DNA from: Escherichia phage Es2
Length of the DNA stretch: 64,000 nucleotides
Sequence record: OR515477.1
Direction: 5' to 3' (one strand)
Made by a program: the position numbers and the translations under genes. Below are positions 1-7,437 of this stretch, piece by piece. The notes beneath the pieces were generated by a model, which was not told the DNA's origin, made no database searches, and saw nothing but the letters and a program-made list of their open reading frames with translations. Within the stretch, counting starts at the first letter, position 1, and each line of letters begins with the position of its first letter.

Positions 1-23
1 ATAAATTGAACTGGAGAAGCAAC

Positions 24-248
24 ATGACAGAACAAGAATTGAATGAACGTAAGCTGGTAATGCTTCGCTTACTAAATATTTTCTCTGGTATGGACGGTGG
101 AATTGACTTTGTTCATCTACGTTCTTTCGTAGAAGAAGCTGAAGGCGAATCTATCACTAAAATCCTTAAACACATGGGATTACTTTTAGATGCTGCTAAT
201 GTGGCTACTGAATATAAAATAGAAGATCTACCGGAGCGTGTTAAATGA
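24..248 (+). CDS. hypothetical early protein
   Basis: Track ORF 6..248 (begins at TTG); in-frame ATG at 24 has a GGAGA RBS upstream. Confidence 0.5.
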   Translation: MTEQELNERKLVMLRLLNIFSGMDGGIDFVHLRSFVEEAEGESITKILKHMGLLLDAANVATEYKIEDLPERVK

Positions 249-436
249 AACGATTAGTTAGATTTAAGTGTTGTGGTTCCGAGCACATTTTCACACATCT
301 TCGTGAATTTAAAATGTGTGATTGTGGTAAATCAGGCTATGACTCAGGAGATGGGTTCTACACCCGTACTCTAGGGAACTTCAATGATCTAGAATTTGAA
401 GATCTCGAAAAACAAGATAAACCGACCGTTGGCTGA
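245..436 (+). CDS. hypothetical Cys-rich small protein
   Basis: Track ORF; ATGA overlap with upstream ORF; 3' end overlaps predicted tRNA by about 14 nt. Confidence 0.4.
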   Translation: MKRLVRFKCCGSEHIFTHLREFKMCDCGKSGYDSGDGFYTRTLGNFNDLEFEDLEKQDKPTVG

Positions 437-498
437 ATGGCTTAGGCGAAGGATTGCAAATCCTTTTTATGTGAGTTCAAATCTCATGCGGTCGTCCA
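423..498 (+). tRNA. tRNA-Cys (anticodon GCA)
   Basis: Hand-folded: acceptor CGACCGT/GCGGTCG, anticodon stem AAGGA/TCCTT with loop TTGCAAA, T-arm GTGAG-TTCAAAT-CTCAT, encoded CCA. Confidence 0.65.
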
Positions 499-650
499 AT
501 TTGCTGAAAGAATTGTTAAATCAATTCAGGCACGCGTAGGAACACTGTCTCCGTAATTGAAAGATGAGGCACGGTTTGGAGAGGTATGCCGCTACACGCT
601 ACGGTGCTAACTCCGTCTAGGTGAAAATCCTAGTCAGCAATATAAATTTA

Positions 651-733
651 GGGTCGTTAGCCAAGCGGTTTGGCGGTGGACTGTTAATCCATGTCGAAAG
701 ACAACGTAGGTTCGAATCCTACACGGCCCGCCA
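651..733 (+). tRNA. tRNA, anticodon GTT (Asn-decoding) with unusually long variable arm
   Basis: Acceptor GGGTCGT/ACGGCCC, D stem GCCA/TGGC, anticodon loop CTGTTAA, 13-nt variable region, T-arm GTAGG-TTCGAAT-CCTAC, CCA. Confidence 0.6.
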
Positions 734-835
734 AATTCTGTGTAGAGTTAAGTAAACCGGTAGCCAACCAGCTATCATTGCTGATATCGAATTCAGCCAC
801 AGATACCATTTTCATTAATAACTGAGGAAACAAGC

Positions 836-1021
836 ATGTCCAAGAATGTAATTGCACAGCTAGAAGTTCATCGTGATAACACAGCTAATAACATTAAGTG
901 CCGACAAAAAGATATTGAAGCTCGAAAGGCTGATCTTTTAATGAGTATTCGAGAGCTTAATGTACGGAAAGAGTTTCTTAAAGAACTTAATGCAGCTATT
1001 GAAAAACTCAAAGTTGAGTAA
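836..1021 (+). CDS. hypothetical coiled-coil protein
   Basis: Track ORF with GAGGAAA RBS. Confidence 0.55.
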   Translation: MSKNVIAQLEVHRDNTANNIKCRQKDIEARKADLLMSIRELNVRKEFLKELNAAIEKLKVE

Positions 1022-1030
1022 ATAAATTAT

Positions 1031-1107
1031 GCGACCGGGGCTGGCTTGGTAATGGTACTCCCCTGTCACGGGAGGGAATGTGGGTTCAAATCCCATCGGT
1101 CGCGCCA
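1031..1107 (+). tRNA. tRNA-Asp (anticodon GTC)
   Basis: Perfect acceptor GCGACCG/CGGTCGC, anticodon stem CTCCC/GGGAG with loop CTGTCAC, T-loop TTCAAAT, CCA. Confidence 0.8.
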
Positions 1108-1132
1108 AATTAATTTAGTATGAGAATATACT

Positions 1133-1480
1133 ATGCGTAATGCTAAAGAAGAGTTGTTACTTGCCTTAAAAAATACTAATTCTGAAGTTAAATGTATTAA
1201 AATAGAATTCGGGTATTATGGGGATAAAAAAGTTTGGGTATTACCTTTAGGTTATACAGAAAAAGATATTGAGGATTTTCTTAATAATCTAGACTTTAAG
1301 TACGATTCTGGGTATGGTGGGCAATTACTTTATGGTAATGTATGGTTTGCCGACGGAACTTGGCTAGAACGTGGGGAATACGATGGTGCTGAGTGGTGGG
1401 AGTACAAAGCTACCCCGGAAATTCCAGAGGAATGCCGAACAATTAATGGTGAAGTAGATAATACTTTACTATTAAACTAA
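1133..1480 (+). CDS. hypothetical early protein
   Basis: Track ORF, 115 aa. Confidence 0.55.
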   Translation: MRNAKEELLLALKNTNSEVKCIKIEFGYYGDKKVWVLPLGYTEKDIEDFLNNLDFKYDSGYGGQLLYGNVWFADGTWLERGEYDGAEWWEYKATPEIPEECRTINGEVDNTLLLN

Positions 1481-1872
1481 AAGAATTTCAGTGCAGAACA
1501 CGGAGCTAGCAATTCGGAAGTGCTGACTCATGATAAGCTGCCTATGTACTTGCTAAGCGGTCGTGTCCAAGACTCGGACTCTTGCACTGAAAACAATCAA
1601 ACATTCTAGCGTGGTTGATGGGGAAACCAGCTTGGCTAGGGCAGAAGCTCGTTCGATTCGAGTGAAAGAATGGTTCTCGTAAGTCCGCACAAGTGATAGC
1701 AGGTTCGAGTCCTGTCTAGAATGACACTATAAAGTTTACTTATTATGTAGGTTCCGATAGATCGGCGGGTCTATTCTGGCATTTAAGAGAAGTCTCGCAA
1801 ACTTCTTTGTCAGCCGTGGGGTTGGTAGCCTCCAGGTGGCCTACACAATAAGTAAATTTATTAAAAATTCAT

Positions 1873-1901
1873 TTGCTATTTTTCTTAATTATCTGTATAA
1901 T
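1873..1901 (+). promoter_or_regulatory. early-type sigma70 promoter (TTGCTA - 17 bp - TGTATAAT)
   Basis: -35 TTGCTA at 1873, extended -10 TGnTATAAT at 1894-1901, conserved AT-rich leader and GAGAAGG RBS. Confidence 0.7.
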
Positions 1902-1933
1902 ATATTTTATAAAGTGAAGAGAAGGAAAGCAAA

Positions 1934-2083
1934 ATGAAACACAAGATAGCCCAAGTTTTTATGGCATTATGGTGTATGCCAATAGCTATAACAGCATTTA
2001 ATCTAGATACTTTTACTATAGAAGAAAAATGTATCGGATTAGTTAGCGGCTTTAGTATGCTTGGCTTATCTTTGTTGTGGTTG
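1934..2083 (+). CDS. hypothetical 49-aa hydrophobic peptide (below ORF-track size cutoff)
   Basis: Hand translation MKHKIAQVFMALWCMPIAITAFNLDTFTIEEKCIGLVSGFSMLGLSLLWL; directly downstream of promoter and RBS. Confidence 0.5.
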
Positions 2084-2096
2084 AAGAAATAATATT

Positions 2097-2174
2097 CTCC
2101 GTGTAGCTCAGTTTGGCCAGAGCGTTTCGTTTGGGGCGATAGGGTCGGGGGTTCAAATCCTCCCACGGAGACCA
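2097..2174 (+). tRNA. tRNA-Pro (anticodon TGG)
   Basis: Acceptor CTCCGTG/CACGGAG, anticodon loop TTTGGGG, T-loop TTCAAAT, CCA. Confidence 0.65.
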
Positions 2175-2180
2175 AACAAT

Positions 2181-2258
2181 TGCGGGTTAGATCTCTGGTA
2201 GAGATCGCTAGTCTCATAAGCTAGAAAGAGGTAGGTTCGATTCCTGCACCCGCTTCCA
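2181..2258 (+). tRNA. tRNA-Met (anticodon CAT)
   Basis: Anticodon stem CTAGT/GCTAG with loop CTCATAA, T-arm GTAGG-TTCGATT-CCTGC, CCA. Confidence 0.65.
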
Positions 2259-2278
2259 TTTTAATAGAGGATTTCGAA

Positions 2279-2446
2279 ATGAAAGTATTTCGATTAGTAG
2301 TAAGTGACAAACGGTTAGGTAAGAATACATCAAAATCCCTACTCGCTCATTACGGTAAAAATTGGGATGAAGTAATGGCAGAGTTTAGTACTAATCACCC
2401 TTACTTGAAAGTTCACTCTATTAAAGAAGTATATAATGGTTACTAA
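2279..2446 (+). CDS. hypothetical 55-aa protein (below ORF-track size cutoff)
   Basis: Hand translation MKVFRLVVSDKRLGKNTSKSLLAHYGKNWDEVMAEFSTNHPYLKVHSIKEVYNGY; AGAGGA RBS; sits between two tRNAs. Confidence 0.45.
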   Translation: MKVFRLVVSDKRLGKNTSKSLLAHYGKNWDEVMAEFSTNHPYLKVHSIKEVYNGY

Positions 2447-2447
2447 T

Positions 2448-2526
2448 AGATCGCTAGCTCAATAGGTTTAGTAGCATCCGACTTTTAATCGGAAGGTTCT
2501 GGGTTCGAGTCCCAGGCGATCTACCA
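2448..2526 (+). tRNA. tRNA-Lys (anticodon TTT)
   Basis: Perfect acceptor AGATCGC/GCGATCT, anticodon stem TCCGA/TCGGA with loop CTTTTAA, T-arm CTGGG-TTCGAGT-CCCAG, CCA. Confidence 0.75.
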
Positions 2527-2530
2527 AATT

Positions 2531-2604
2531 GCTCGGTTAGTTTAATGGGAGAACCCCGTCTTTACACGGCGGTTGAGATAGTTCAATTCTATCACCGAGT
2601 ACCA
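2531..2604 (+). tRNA. tRNA-Val (anticodon TAC)
   Basis: Acceptor GCTCGGT/ACCGAGT, anticodon stem CCGTC/GGCGG with loop TTTACAC, T-arm GATAG-TTCAATT-CTATC, CCA. Confidence 0.65.
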
Positions 2605-2623
2605 ATTAACTCAAAATAAGGAA

Positions 2624-2983
2624 TTGCAAATGCAATTATCAAGCAAGATTCAAGGTTATTTCGGTCATGTAACAATGGAGTTCGCTATCTCTAAAGGTTG
2701 GGACTTCGAACAAGATTTAGCTGAGTTCTACAAAGATATTGATCTGAACGTACCGTACATGGGACTTTCTACTGGTCAGGAGATCACAGAAGCCGATGTA
2801 TTCAAGGCAAGTCAAGGTGAGGTAACACCTAGTTTTGCCGAGTTCTGGTTAGGCATTACGTTAAAAGAAGATGCACCAGATAGTGGTGTACTAATGTCTA
2901 GTATGCACTCTGGAAGTTCCGATTACCTTTTCATTAGCGATGTTAAGGAAATACAAGAAGTCTGCAAAAATGTACTTGCTTGA
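2624..2983 (+). CDS. hypothetical early protein
   Basis: Track ORF, 119 aa, AAGGAA RBS. Confidence 0.6.
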   Translation: MQMQLSSKIQGYFGHVTMEFAISKGWDFEQDLAEFYKDIDLNVPYMGLSTGQEITEADVFKASQGEVTPSFAEFWLGITLKEDAPDSGVLMSSMHSGSSDYLFISDVKEIQEVCKNVLA

Positions 2984-3004
2984 TGCTTAATTTCTTGTTA
3001 TAAT
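2976..3004 (+). promoter_or_regulatory. early-type sigma70 promoter feeding the tRNA block
   Basis: TTGCTT - 17 bp - TATAAT; leader contains hairpin GATGAGGAGAAATCCTCATC; no ORF follows, tRNAs downstream. Confidence 0.65.
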
Positions 3005-3242
3005 ATTTATATAAATTGATGAGGAGAAATCCTCATCATAGTTCACTAAGGTATTAGCTCGACCTAGGACTGGCTGCCAAAAAGCACGATCCCTACGATT
3101 CGGGAAAAGTTCTAGATTGGTCCACTAGATTCAGCGGCAACTGAATAGTGTATTGGGTTTGCGAGATGACGTAGTTCCTTCCGCTCTAAGCGAAGGTGCT
3201 GTAGTTACGCCGAGCTAATAGCCTTAGTAAACTAAAGAATTT

Positions 3243-3321
3243 GGGGAATGGGTCTGCATGGAGTGGACACCTCGCTTGCACCGAGGACATCAGAACGGTT
3301 CGATTCCGTTATTCTCCACCA
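3243..3321 (+). tRNA. tRNA-Ala (anticodon TGC)
   Basis: Acceptor GGGGAAT/ATTCTCC, anticodon stem CCTCG/CGAGG with loop CTTGCAC, T-arm AACGG-TTCGATT-CCGTT, CCA; 7-nt variable loop. Confidence 0.65.
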
Positions 3322-3326
3322 AATAC

Positions 3327-3403
3327 GCGTGATTGATGGAATGGGCATACATACCGTCCTTAGAAGTCGGGTTTTGAGGGTTCGAATCCCTTGTCACGCA
3401 CCA
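3327..3403 (+). tRNA. tRNA, anticodon TAG (Leu-decoding) with short variable loop
   Basis: Acceptor GCGTGAT/GTCACGC, anticodon loop CTTAGAA with one stem mismatch, T-arm GAGGG-TTCGAAT-CCCTT, CCA; isotype uncertain. Confidence 0.5.
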
Positions 3404-3515
3404 AATTTGATGGTCAGAGTAAATTAAACCTACTATCTCGGTTGAGCTGTTTTAATGGGTTCGAATCCCAGCGGGGCGTAACTGCCTGGTGTGATAGAGG
3501 CATCATCTTATTATT

Positions 3516-3606
3516 GGAAGAGCAAATCGAATTGGCGACGAAAACCGCTTGGAAAGTGGCTGACTGGTAAAACGGCTTGAGAGTTCAAATCTCTCCTCTT
3601 CCGCCA
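3516..3606 (+). tRNA. tRNA-Ser (anticodon GGA), type II
   Basis: Perfect acceptor GGAAGAG/CTCTTCC, anticodon loop TTGGAAA, long variable arm, T-arm GAGAG-TTCAAAT-CTCTC, CCA. Confidence 0.7.
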
Positions 3607-3618
3607 AACAATTTATAT

Positions 3619-3713
3619 GGTAGGTCAATCCAATGGCTGGCGCTGGACTCCGACTTGAAATCGGTTGATCGTAGTGATACGGTGTAAGGGTTCGATCCCC
3701 TTACCTACCTCCA
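3619..3713 (+). tRNA. tRNA-Ser (anticodon TGA), type II
   Basis: Perfect acceptor GGTAGGT/ACCTACC, anticodon loop CTTGAAA, long variable arm, T-arm AAGGG-TTCGATC-CCCTT, CCA. Confidence 0.7.
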
Positions 3714-4079
3714 AATCTTGAAGTATGCCGGAATCGGTAGACGGGGCTGCCTAAAAGGTTTATAGGGAACATCCACTCCCTGCAACATACCTCATAAAGC
3801 GGCTGAGATAAATGGTCTATCTCGTGAAGGTTCAAGTCCTTCTGCTTCTTGATACATCTATGGCTCAAAGTGTAACGGTGCTATTTGATGCTCTTGGTAA
3901 GACTTCCCCGACATGCGTTCGGGAGTAAGCTGCTAAGACTAGAGTAGAAGAGTTTCTGAGAGCCGCCACAATTGAAAATTCGTACTCGTCTTGAGCTGCG
4001 CGCAATAGGAGATAACTTGATTAGTATTCTAGAACATGCTAATTGAGGAAGGTTTCGCTAACCCTGCGAGTTTTCAATT

Positions 4080-4156
4080 GTGGCTATATCATAATTGGTT
4101 AATGATCCTGATTGTGAATCAGGCCTATGTGGATTCGAATTCCACTAGCCACCCCA
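4080..4156 (+). tRNA. tRNA-His (anticodon GTG)
   Basis: Perfect acceptor GTGGCTA/TAGCCAC, anticodon stem CCTGA/TCAGG with loop TTGTGAA, T-arm GTGGA-TTCGAAT-TCCAC, CCA. Confidence 0.8.
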
Positions 4157-4180
4157 AATTAACTTAAATAGGAAATAAAT

Positions 4181-4387
4181 ATGGCTGATTTCTGCAAACA
4201 ATGCTCCATTGATATGTGGGGTAAAGATACTGGTGATCTTTCTGGTTTGATTACAGAAGCTGAAGTTAAAGAAGGCTACGGTGCTGCTGTGATCTGCGAA
4301 GGATGCGGAGTTATTCGAGTAGATCATGAAGGCAAACGTTTAGAAGATCCAAAAAGTATTAAGAAGAAGGTTAGCCAAGTAGGTTAA
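4181..4387 (+). CDS. hypothetical CxxC-CxxC small protein
   Basis: Track ORF 68 aa, AGGAAA RBS; 3' end overlaps next tRNA by about 23 nt. Confidence 0.5.
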   Translation: MADFCKQCSIDMWGKDTGDLSGLITEAEVKEGYGAAVICEGCGVIRVDHEGKRLEDPKSIKKKVSQVG

Positions 4388-4440
4388 GGCTGGGGTCTCT
4401 GAAATCCTGATCAGTGGTTCGAATCCACTACCTTCTGCCA
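4365..4440 (+). tRNA. tRNA-Gln (anticodon CTG)
   Basis: Perfect acceptor AGAAGGT/ACCTTCT, anticodon loop CTCTGAA, T-arm AGTGG-TTCGAAT-CCACT, CCA. Confidence 0.65.
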
Positions 4441-4446
4441 AACAAT

Positions 4447-4524
4447 TGGGGATTAGCTTAGCTTGGCCTAAAGCTTCGGCCTTTGAAGTCGAGATCATTG
4501 GTTCAAATCCAATATCCCCTGCCA
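4447..4524 (+). tRNA. tRNA-Gln (anticodon TTG)
   Basis: Acceptor (T)GGGGAT/ATCCCCT, anticodon stem TCGGC/GTCGA with loop CTTTGAA, T-arm ATTGG-TTCAAAT-CCAAT, CCA. Confidence 0.65.
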
Positions 4525-4535
4525 GCTAAATTAAT

Positions 4536-4610
4536 GCGTGATTAGTTCAGTGGCTAGAATAACTGGCTTCCAACCAGTAGACACGAGTTCGACTCTCGTA
4601 TCCCGCACCA
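4536..4610 (+). tRNA. tRNA-Gly (anticodon TCC)
   Basis: Acceptor GCGTGAT/ATCCCGC (one mismatch), anticodon stem ACTGG/CCAGT with loop CTTCCAA, T-arm ACGAG-TTCGACT-CTCGT, CCA. Confidence 0.65.
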
Positions 4611-4624
4611 AATAAGGAAACGTT

Positions 4625-4846
4625 ATGCACGTTTTTGAGTTTCGTAATAAAAATACTGATAAGCGAGTTATCATTATTGGAGAAACATACCGAGCATATG
4701 AACAAACTGACGGCTCTGTTATCTTGAATGATGAGAAAGGAGGTTTTAGCTTTTATCCAGAAGAACCTTATGAAGAGTTTCGTACTAAGTTTCTTTTACC
4801 AGACTGGCTAGCAGTAGCCGAGCAACGAGAATCCGAAGATGGCTGA
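4625..4846 (+). CDS. hypothetical early protein
   Basis: Track ORF 73 aa, AAGGAAA RBS. Confidence 0.55.
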   Translation: MHVFEFRNKNTDKRVIIIGETYRAYEQTDGSVILNDEKGGFSFYPEEPYEEFRTKFLLPDWLAVAEQRESEDG

Positions 4847-5003
4847 TAACCTAAAATTAAGGGTCGACAAACAAAAGAAATACATTGAGGTTGAATTAGG
4901 CGAAGAACGATTAAAGCTAACTTTCGAGTTTCTTCAGCAGTTGGCTATGACAGTTATGACTGATAAGTCTCCTGTTATTGAAAAAGAAATCCCGTTGAAA
5001 TAA
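4839..5003 (+). CDS. hypothetical 54-aa protein (below ORF-track size cutoff)
   Basis: Hand translation MADNLKLRVDKQKKYIEVELGEERLKLTFEFLQQLAMTVMTDKSPVIEKEIPLK; start overlaps upstream stop (ATGGCTGA). Confidence 0.45.
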   Translation: MADNLKLRVDKQKKYIEVELGEERLKLTFEFLQQLAMTVMTDKSPVIEKEIPLK

Positions 5004-5013
5004 CGGGATCATC

Positions 5014-5088
5014 GCTCCTAAAGCATTGCTGGCGATGCAGTTGCCTTGTAAGCATCTGAACCGGGTTCGATTCCTGGTGGGAGCACCA
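5014..5088 (+). tRNA. tRNA-Thr (anticodon TGT)
   Basis: Acceptor GCTCCTA/TGGGAGC, D stem GCAT/ATGC, anticodon loop CTTGTAA, T-arm CCGGG-TTCGATT-CCTGG, CCA. Confidence 0.65.
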
Positions 5089-5103
5089 AATTTAAAAATT
5101 CAT

Positions 5104-5132
5104 TTGCTTTCTCTCTTATTTATTGTTATAAT
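5104..5132 (+). promoter_or_regulatory. early-type sigma70 promoter
   Basis: TTGCTT - 17 bp - TATAAT, then conserved leader ATAAATTAATGAGAGG. Confidence 0.7.
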
Positions 5133-5162
5133 ATTCATATAAATTAATGAGAGGGAAGCCAA

Positions 5163-5456
5163 ATGAAACGTTATCTTTCTGTTGTGTTCCAAACTGGTGG
5201 TCAACGCTATACTTACGAATTTCCTGGCTCTTGGAAGATCAAAGAAGGTGATCAAGTAGTAGTGTTAACACCGCGTGAGGGTTTTAAGGTAGTAACGGTT
5301 AAGCAAGTATTTCCAAAAGAGCGTGAACCAGCTAAAGGCATTCGCTATAAGATGATTCATGGTGTAGTTCGTCAAGTACCACGAGCGGAAGTCGAAATCA
5401 AAGTAGATAAAGATGGTAAACTTAAATATACCTCTTGCTTAGACGAGTTGCTATAA
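5163..5456 (+). CDS. hypothetical early protein
   Basis: Track ORF 97 aa, promoter and RBS upstream. Confidence 0.6.
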   Translation: MKRYLSVVFQTGGQRYTYEFPGSWKIKEGDQVVVLTPREGFKVVTVKQVFPKEREPAKGIRYKMIHGVVRQVPRAEVEIKVDKDGKLKYTSCLDELL

Positions 5457-5662
5457 TGAGGATTACTTTTACAGAAAAGATCATGAGTAATGGTGTTATG
5501 ATCATTACCGCATGGGATGGTAATCAGTGGTGTAGTGTTTCAGGTATTAAGCCTGAAGAACAAACACTAGATAATATCTCAAAGATTAAGCGAAGAATGA
5601 CAGAACGTGCACGACTTCCAGGTGCACCTAGAAATGGCAAACGTTCTGCTGCAAAATGTTAA
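5456..5662 (+). CDS. hypothetical early protein
   Basis: Track ORF 5435..5662 trimmed to in-frame ATG at 5456 that overlaps upstream stop (TAATG). Confidence 0.5.
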   Translation: MRITFTEKIMSNGVMIITAWDGNQWCSVSGIKPEEQTLDNISKIKRRMTERARLPGAPRNGKRSAAKC

Positions 5663-5663
5663 T

Positions 5664-5740
5664 GCTTCGGTAGCTTAGCGATCTAAAGCACTCGGCTGAT
5701 AACCGAGAGATCGGGGGTTTAAATCCCTCCCGGAGTACCA
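5664..5740 (+). tRNA. tRNA-Ile (anticodon GAT)
   Basis: Perfect anticodon stem CTCGG/CCGAG with loop CTGATAA, T-loop TTTAAAT, CCA. Confidence 0.65.
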
Positions 5741-5836
5741 AATTTAGGAATTAAGACTATGCGTCCAGGAAAGTTTAAAAAAGCTAATTGGTCTAAAGAG
5801 TATAAAGAATACTTACTTAGTCTAGTAAAACATAAT

Positions 5837-5912
5837 AGTTAGTTGGCAGAGTGGTTATGCACCTCCTTCATACGGAGCGACTACAGTGGTTCAAATCCAC
5901 TACTAACTACCA
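5837..5912 (+). tRNA. tRNA-Met (anticodon CAT), second copy; initiator/elongator/Ile2 not resolved
   Basis: Perfect acceptor AGTTAGT/ACTAACT, anticodon loop TTCATAC, T-arm AGTGG-TTCAAAT-CCACT, CCA. Confidence 0.65.
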
Positions 5913-5949
5913 TTAAAAGAGCTAGAGATAGCTAACTTTAGGAGCAGCT

Positions 5950-6144
5950 ATGTTAACAATTAAAATAATGTCAGCCAAGAATGGGGAACAGATTCATACA
6001 GGCAAAAGTGTAAGCTTTAATCCTAGAAATAAAAGACTGGCTATAGTTGGAGTAGACCAAGCCATCTTTTTAAAAGAAGATGAAGTAGCATATGTCATGA
6101 ACCAAACTGGTAAGACAGTTTCCGTATACTATGGAAAAGTATAA
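5950..6144 (+). CDS. hypothetical early protein
   Basis: Track ORF 64 aa, AGGAG RBS. Confidence 0.55.
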   Translation: MLTIKIMSAKNGEQIHTGKSVSFNPRNKRLAIVGVDQAIFLKEDEVAYVMNQTGKTVSVYYGKV

Positions 6145-6186
6145 AGAATAAATAGCTGAGCCAAATTCTAACATCGGGGAGATCTA

Positions 6187-6555
6187 ATGAAAGCATATCA
6201 AAACCTTAAATCTGGCGTAATTAATATTGTTCATAATAATCAGATCATTCAGCTATATTCCGATAATGGTGAACTTAAACAGAAAGTTCTAGTTGAAGAT
6301 CTAGAAGGTATCACACCTCACTTTGACCCTGAGGCCTTTCGCATTGTAGATGTGGAAGTGGTTCCTCAAATCGAAGGTGGTCAGCACCTAAATGTCAATG
6401 TATTAAGCCGTGATCAGCTTTTGGATGCGCAGAAACATCCTGAAAAATACCCTCAATTAACTATCCGTGTTTCAGGGTACGCTGTTCGATTTAATGCACT
6501 GACTCGTGAACAACAGAACGACGTTATTAGTCGTACATTTACTCAGGCGATGTAA
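6187..6555 (+). CDS. hypothetical early protein
   Basis: Track ORF 122 aa. Confidence 0.6.
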   Translation: MKAYQNLKSGVINIVHNNQIIQLYSDNGELKQKVLVEDLEGITPHFDPEAFRIVDVEVVPQIEGGQHLNVNVLSRDQLLDAQKHPEKYPQLTIRVSGYAVRFNALTREQQNDVISRTFTQAM

Positions 6556-6636
6556 TGGGGTTTGGGTACGATTTCTCCCAGCTACGCAAGGTAGTCGAGC
6601 AAACTCCGTTTATCTCCCAAGTTTTAGGAGAAATGT

Positions 6637-6951
6637 GTGGATCGAGCATTAAGACGTCATCACAGGCAACGTGTAAAGAACAACCGCAAGAAGTACTGGA
6701 CAGTCTTTCCACATGAAGAAAGCCCTAAGCGGTTAGGTATTATCACTACTACTCCTTGCATCTGTTCTTGTTGGATGTGTGGGAACCCTCGCAAGTACTA
6801 TAAGAATAGTAAAGCAGGCATGAAAACCTCGGAGATCAGGAAAATGGAAGCGATGATTATGGGCATCTCAAATGATGAATTTGATGGCTTTGTAGGATTC
6901 GGAGAAGGAATCAGCTCAGGCTGTTTAGAAGATGAACGCCCCGACCTGTAA
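6637..6951 (+). CDS. hypothetical Cys-rich protein
   Basis: Track ORF 104 aa, CICSCWMCG motif. Confidence 0.5.
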   Translation: MDRALRRHHRQRVKNNRKKYWTVFPHEESPKRLGIITTTPCICSCWMCGNPRKYYKNSKAGMKTSEIRKMEAMIMGISNDEFDGFVGFGEGISSGCLEDERPDL

Positions 6952-6961
6952 TTAATAACAA

Positions 6962-6996
6962 ACCCCAGCTATTGAATAAGTAGTCTGGGGTTTTTC
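6962..6996 (+). terminator. intrinsic terminator
   Basis: Hairpin CCCCAG...CTGGGG followed by TTTTT. Confidence 0.6.
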
Positions 6997-7072
6997 TGTA
7001 TAAAGGTACATAATATATGTATAATAAAATTCATCCACATTAGGTTAATTTAAAAGACTTAATGGAGGTAAT

Positions 7073-7420
7073 ATGAGCCGTACTTATCGTAGACAATCTG
7101 GTGATCAGTGGTGGAAGTCTAAAGAACAATTCTCTCAAGAATATTCTTTCCTCAAAGAAAATGGCTACTGGATTCGTGTTATTTATGCCAAATCCTGGGA
7201 CGACATCAAAAAAGAAATGAAGGAAGCAACCATTCGTAATGAGAAAAAGGATGGTTATAACTGGAATTCCATTAGTAAGAATGTTAAGTGGCATTCTAAT
7301 AAAATGGTTCGTCAAGGGAATCGTCAAGAACTCCACCGCGTGATGAAAGATCCAGAAAATTACGACTATAATCGCGACCATGACATGCGTAAGCGTGGAT
7401 TATGGTGGTGCTATGACTAA
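7073..7420 (+). CDS. hypothetical early protein
   Basis: Track ORF 115 aa, GGAGG RBS. Confidence 0.6.
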   Translation: MSRTYRRQSGDQWWKSKEQFSQEYSFLKENGYWIRVIYAKSWDDIKKEMKEATIRNEKKDGYNWNSISKNVKWHSNKMVRQGNRQELHRVMKDPENYDYNRDHDMRKRGLWWCYD

Positions 7421-7437
7421 ATTCTGAAATAATTCAT

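Noticed and set aside
1885-2217. 110-aa minus-strand ORF
   Set aside because: Overlaps two well-formed plus-strand tRNAs and a promoter-driven plus-strand small ORF; most likely an artefact.
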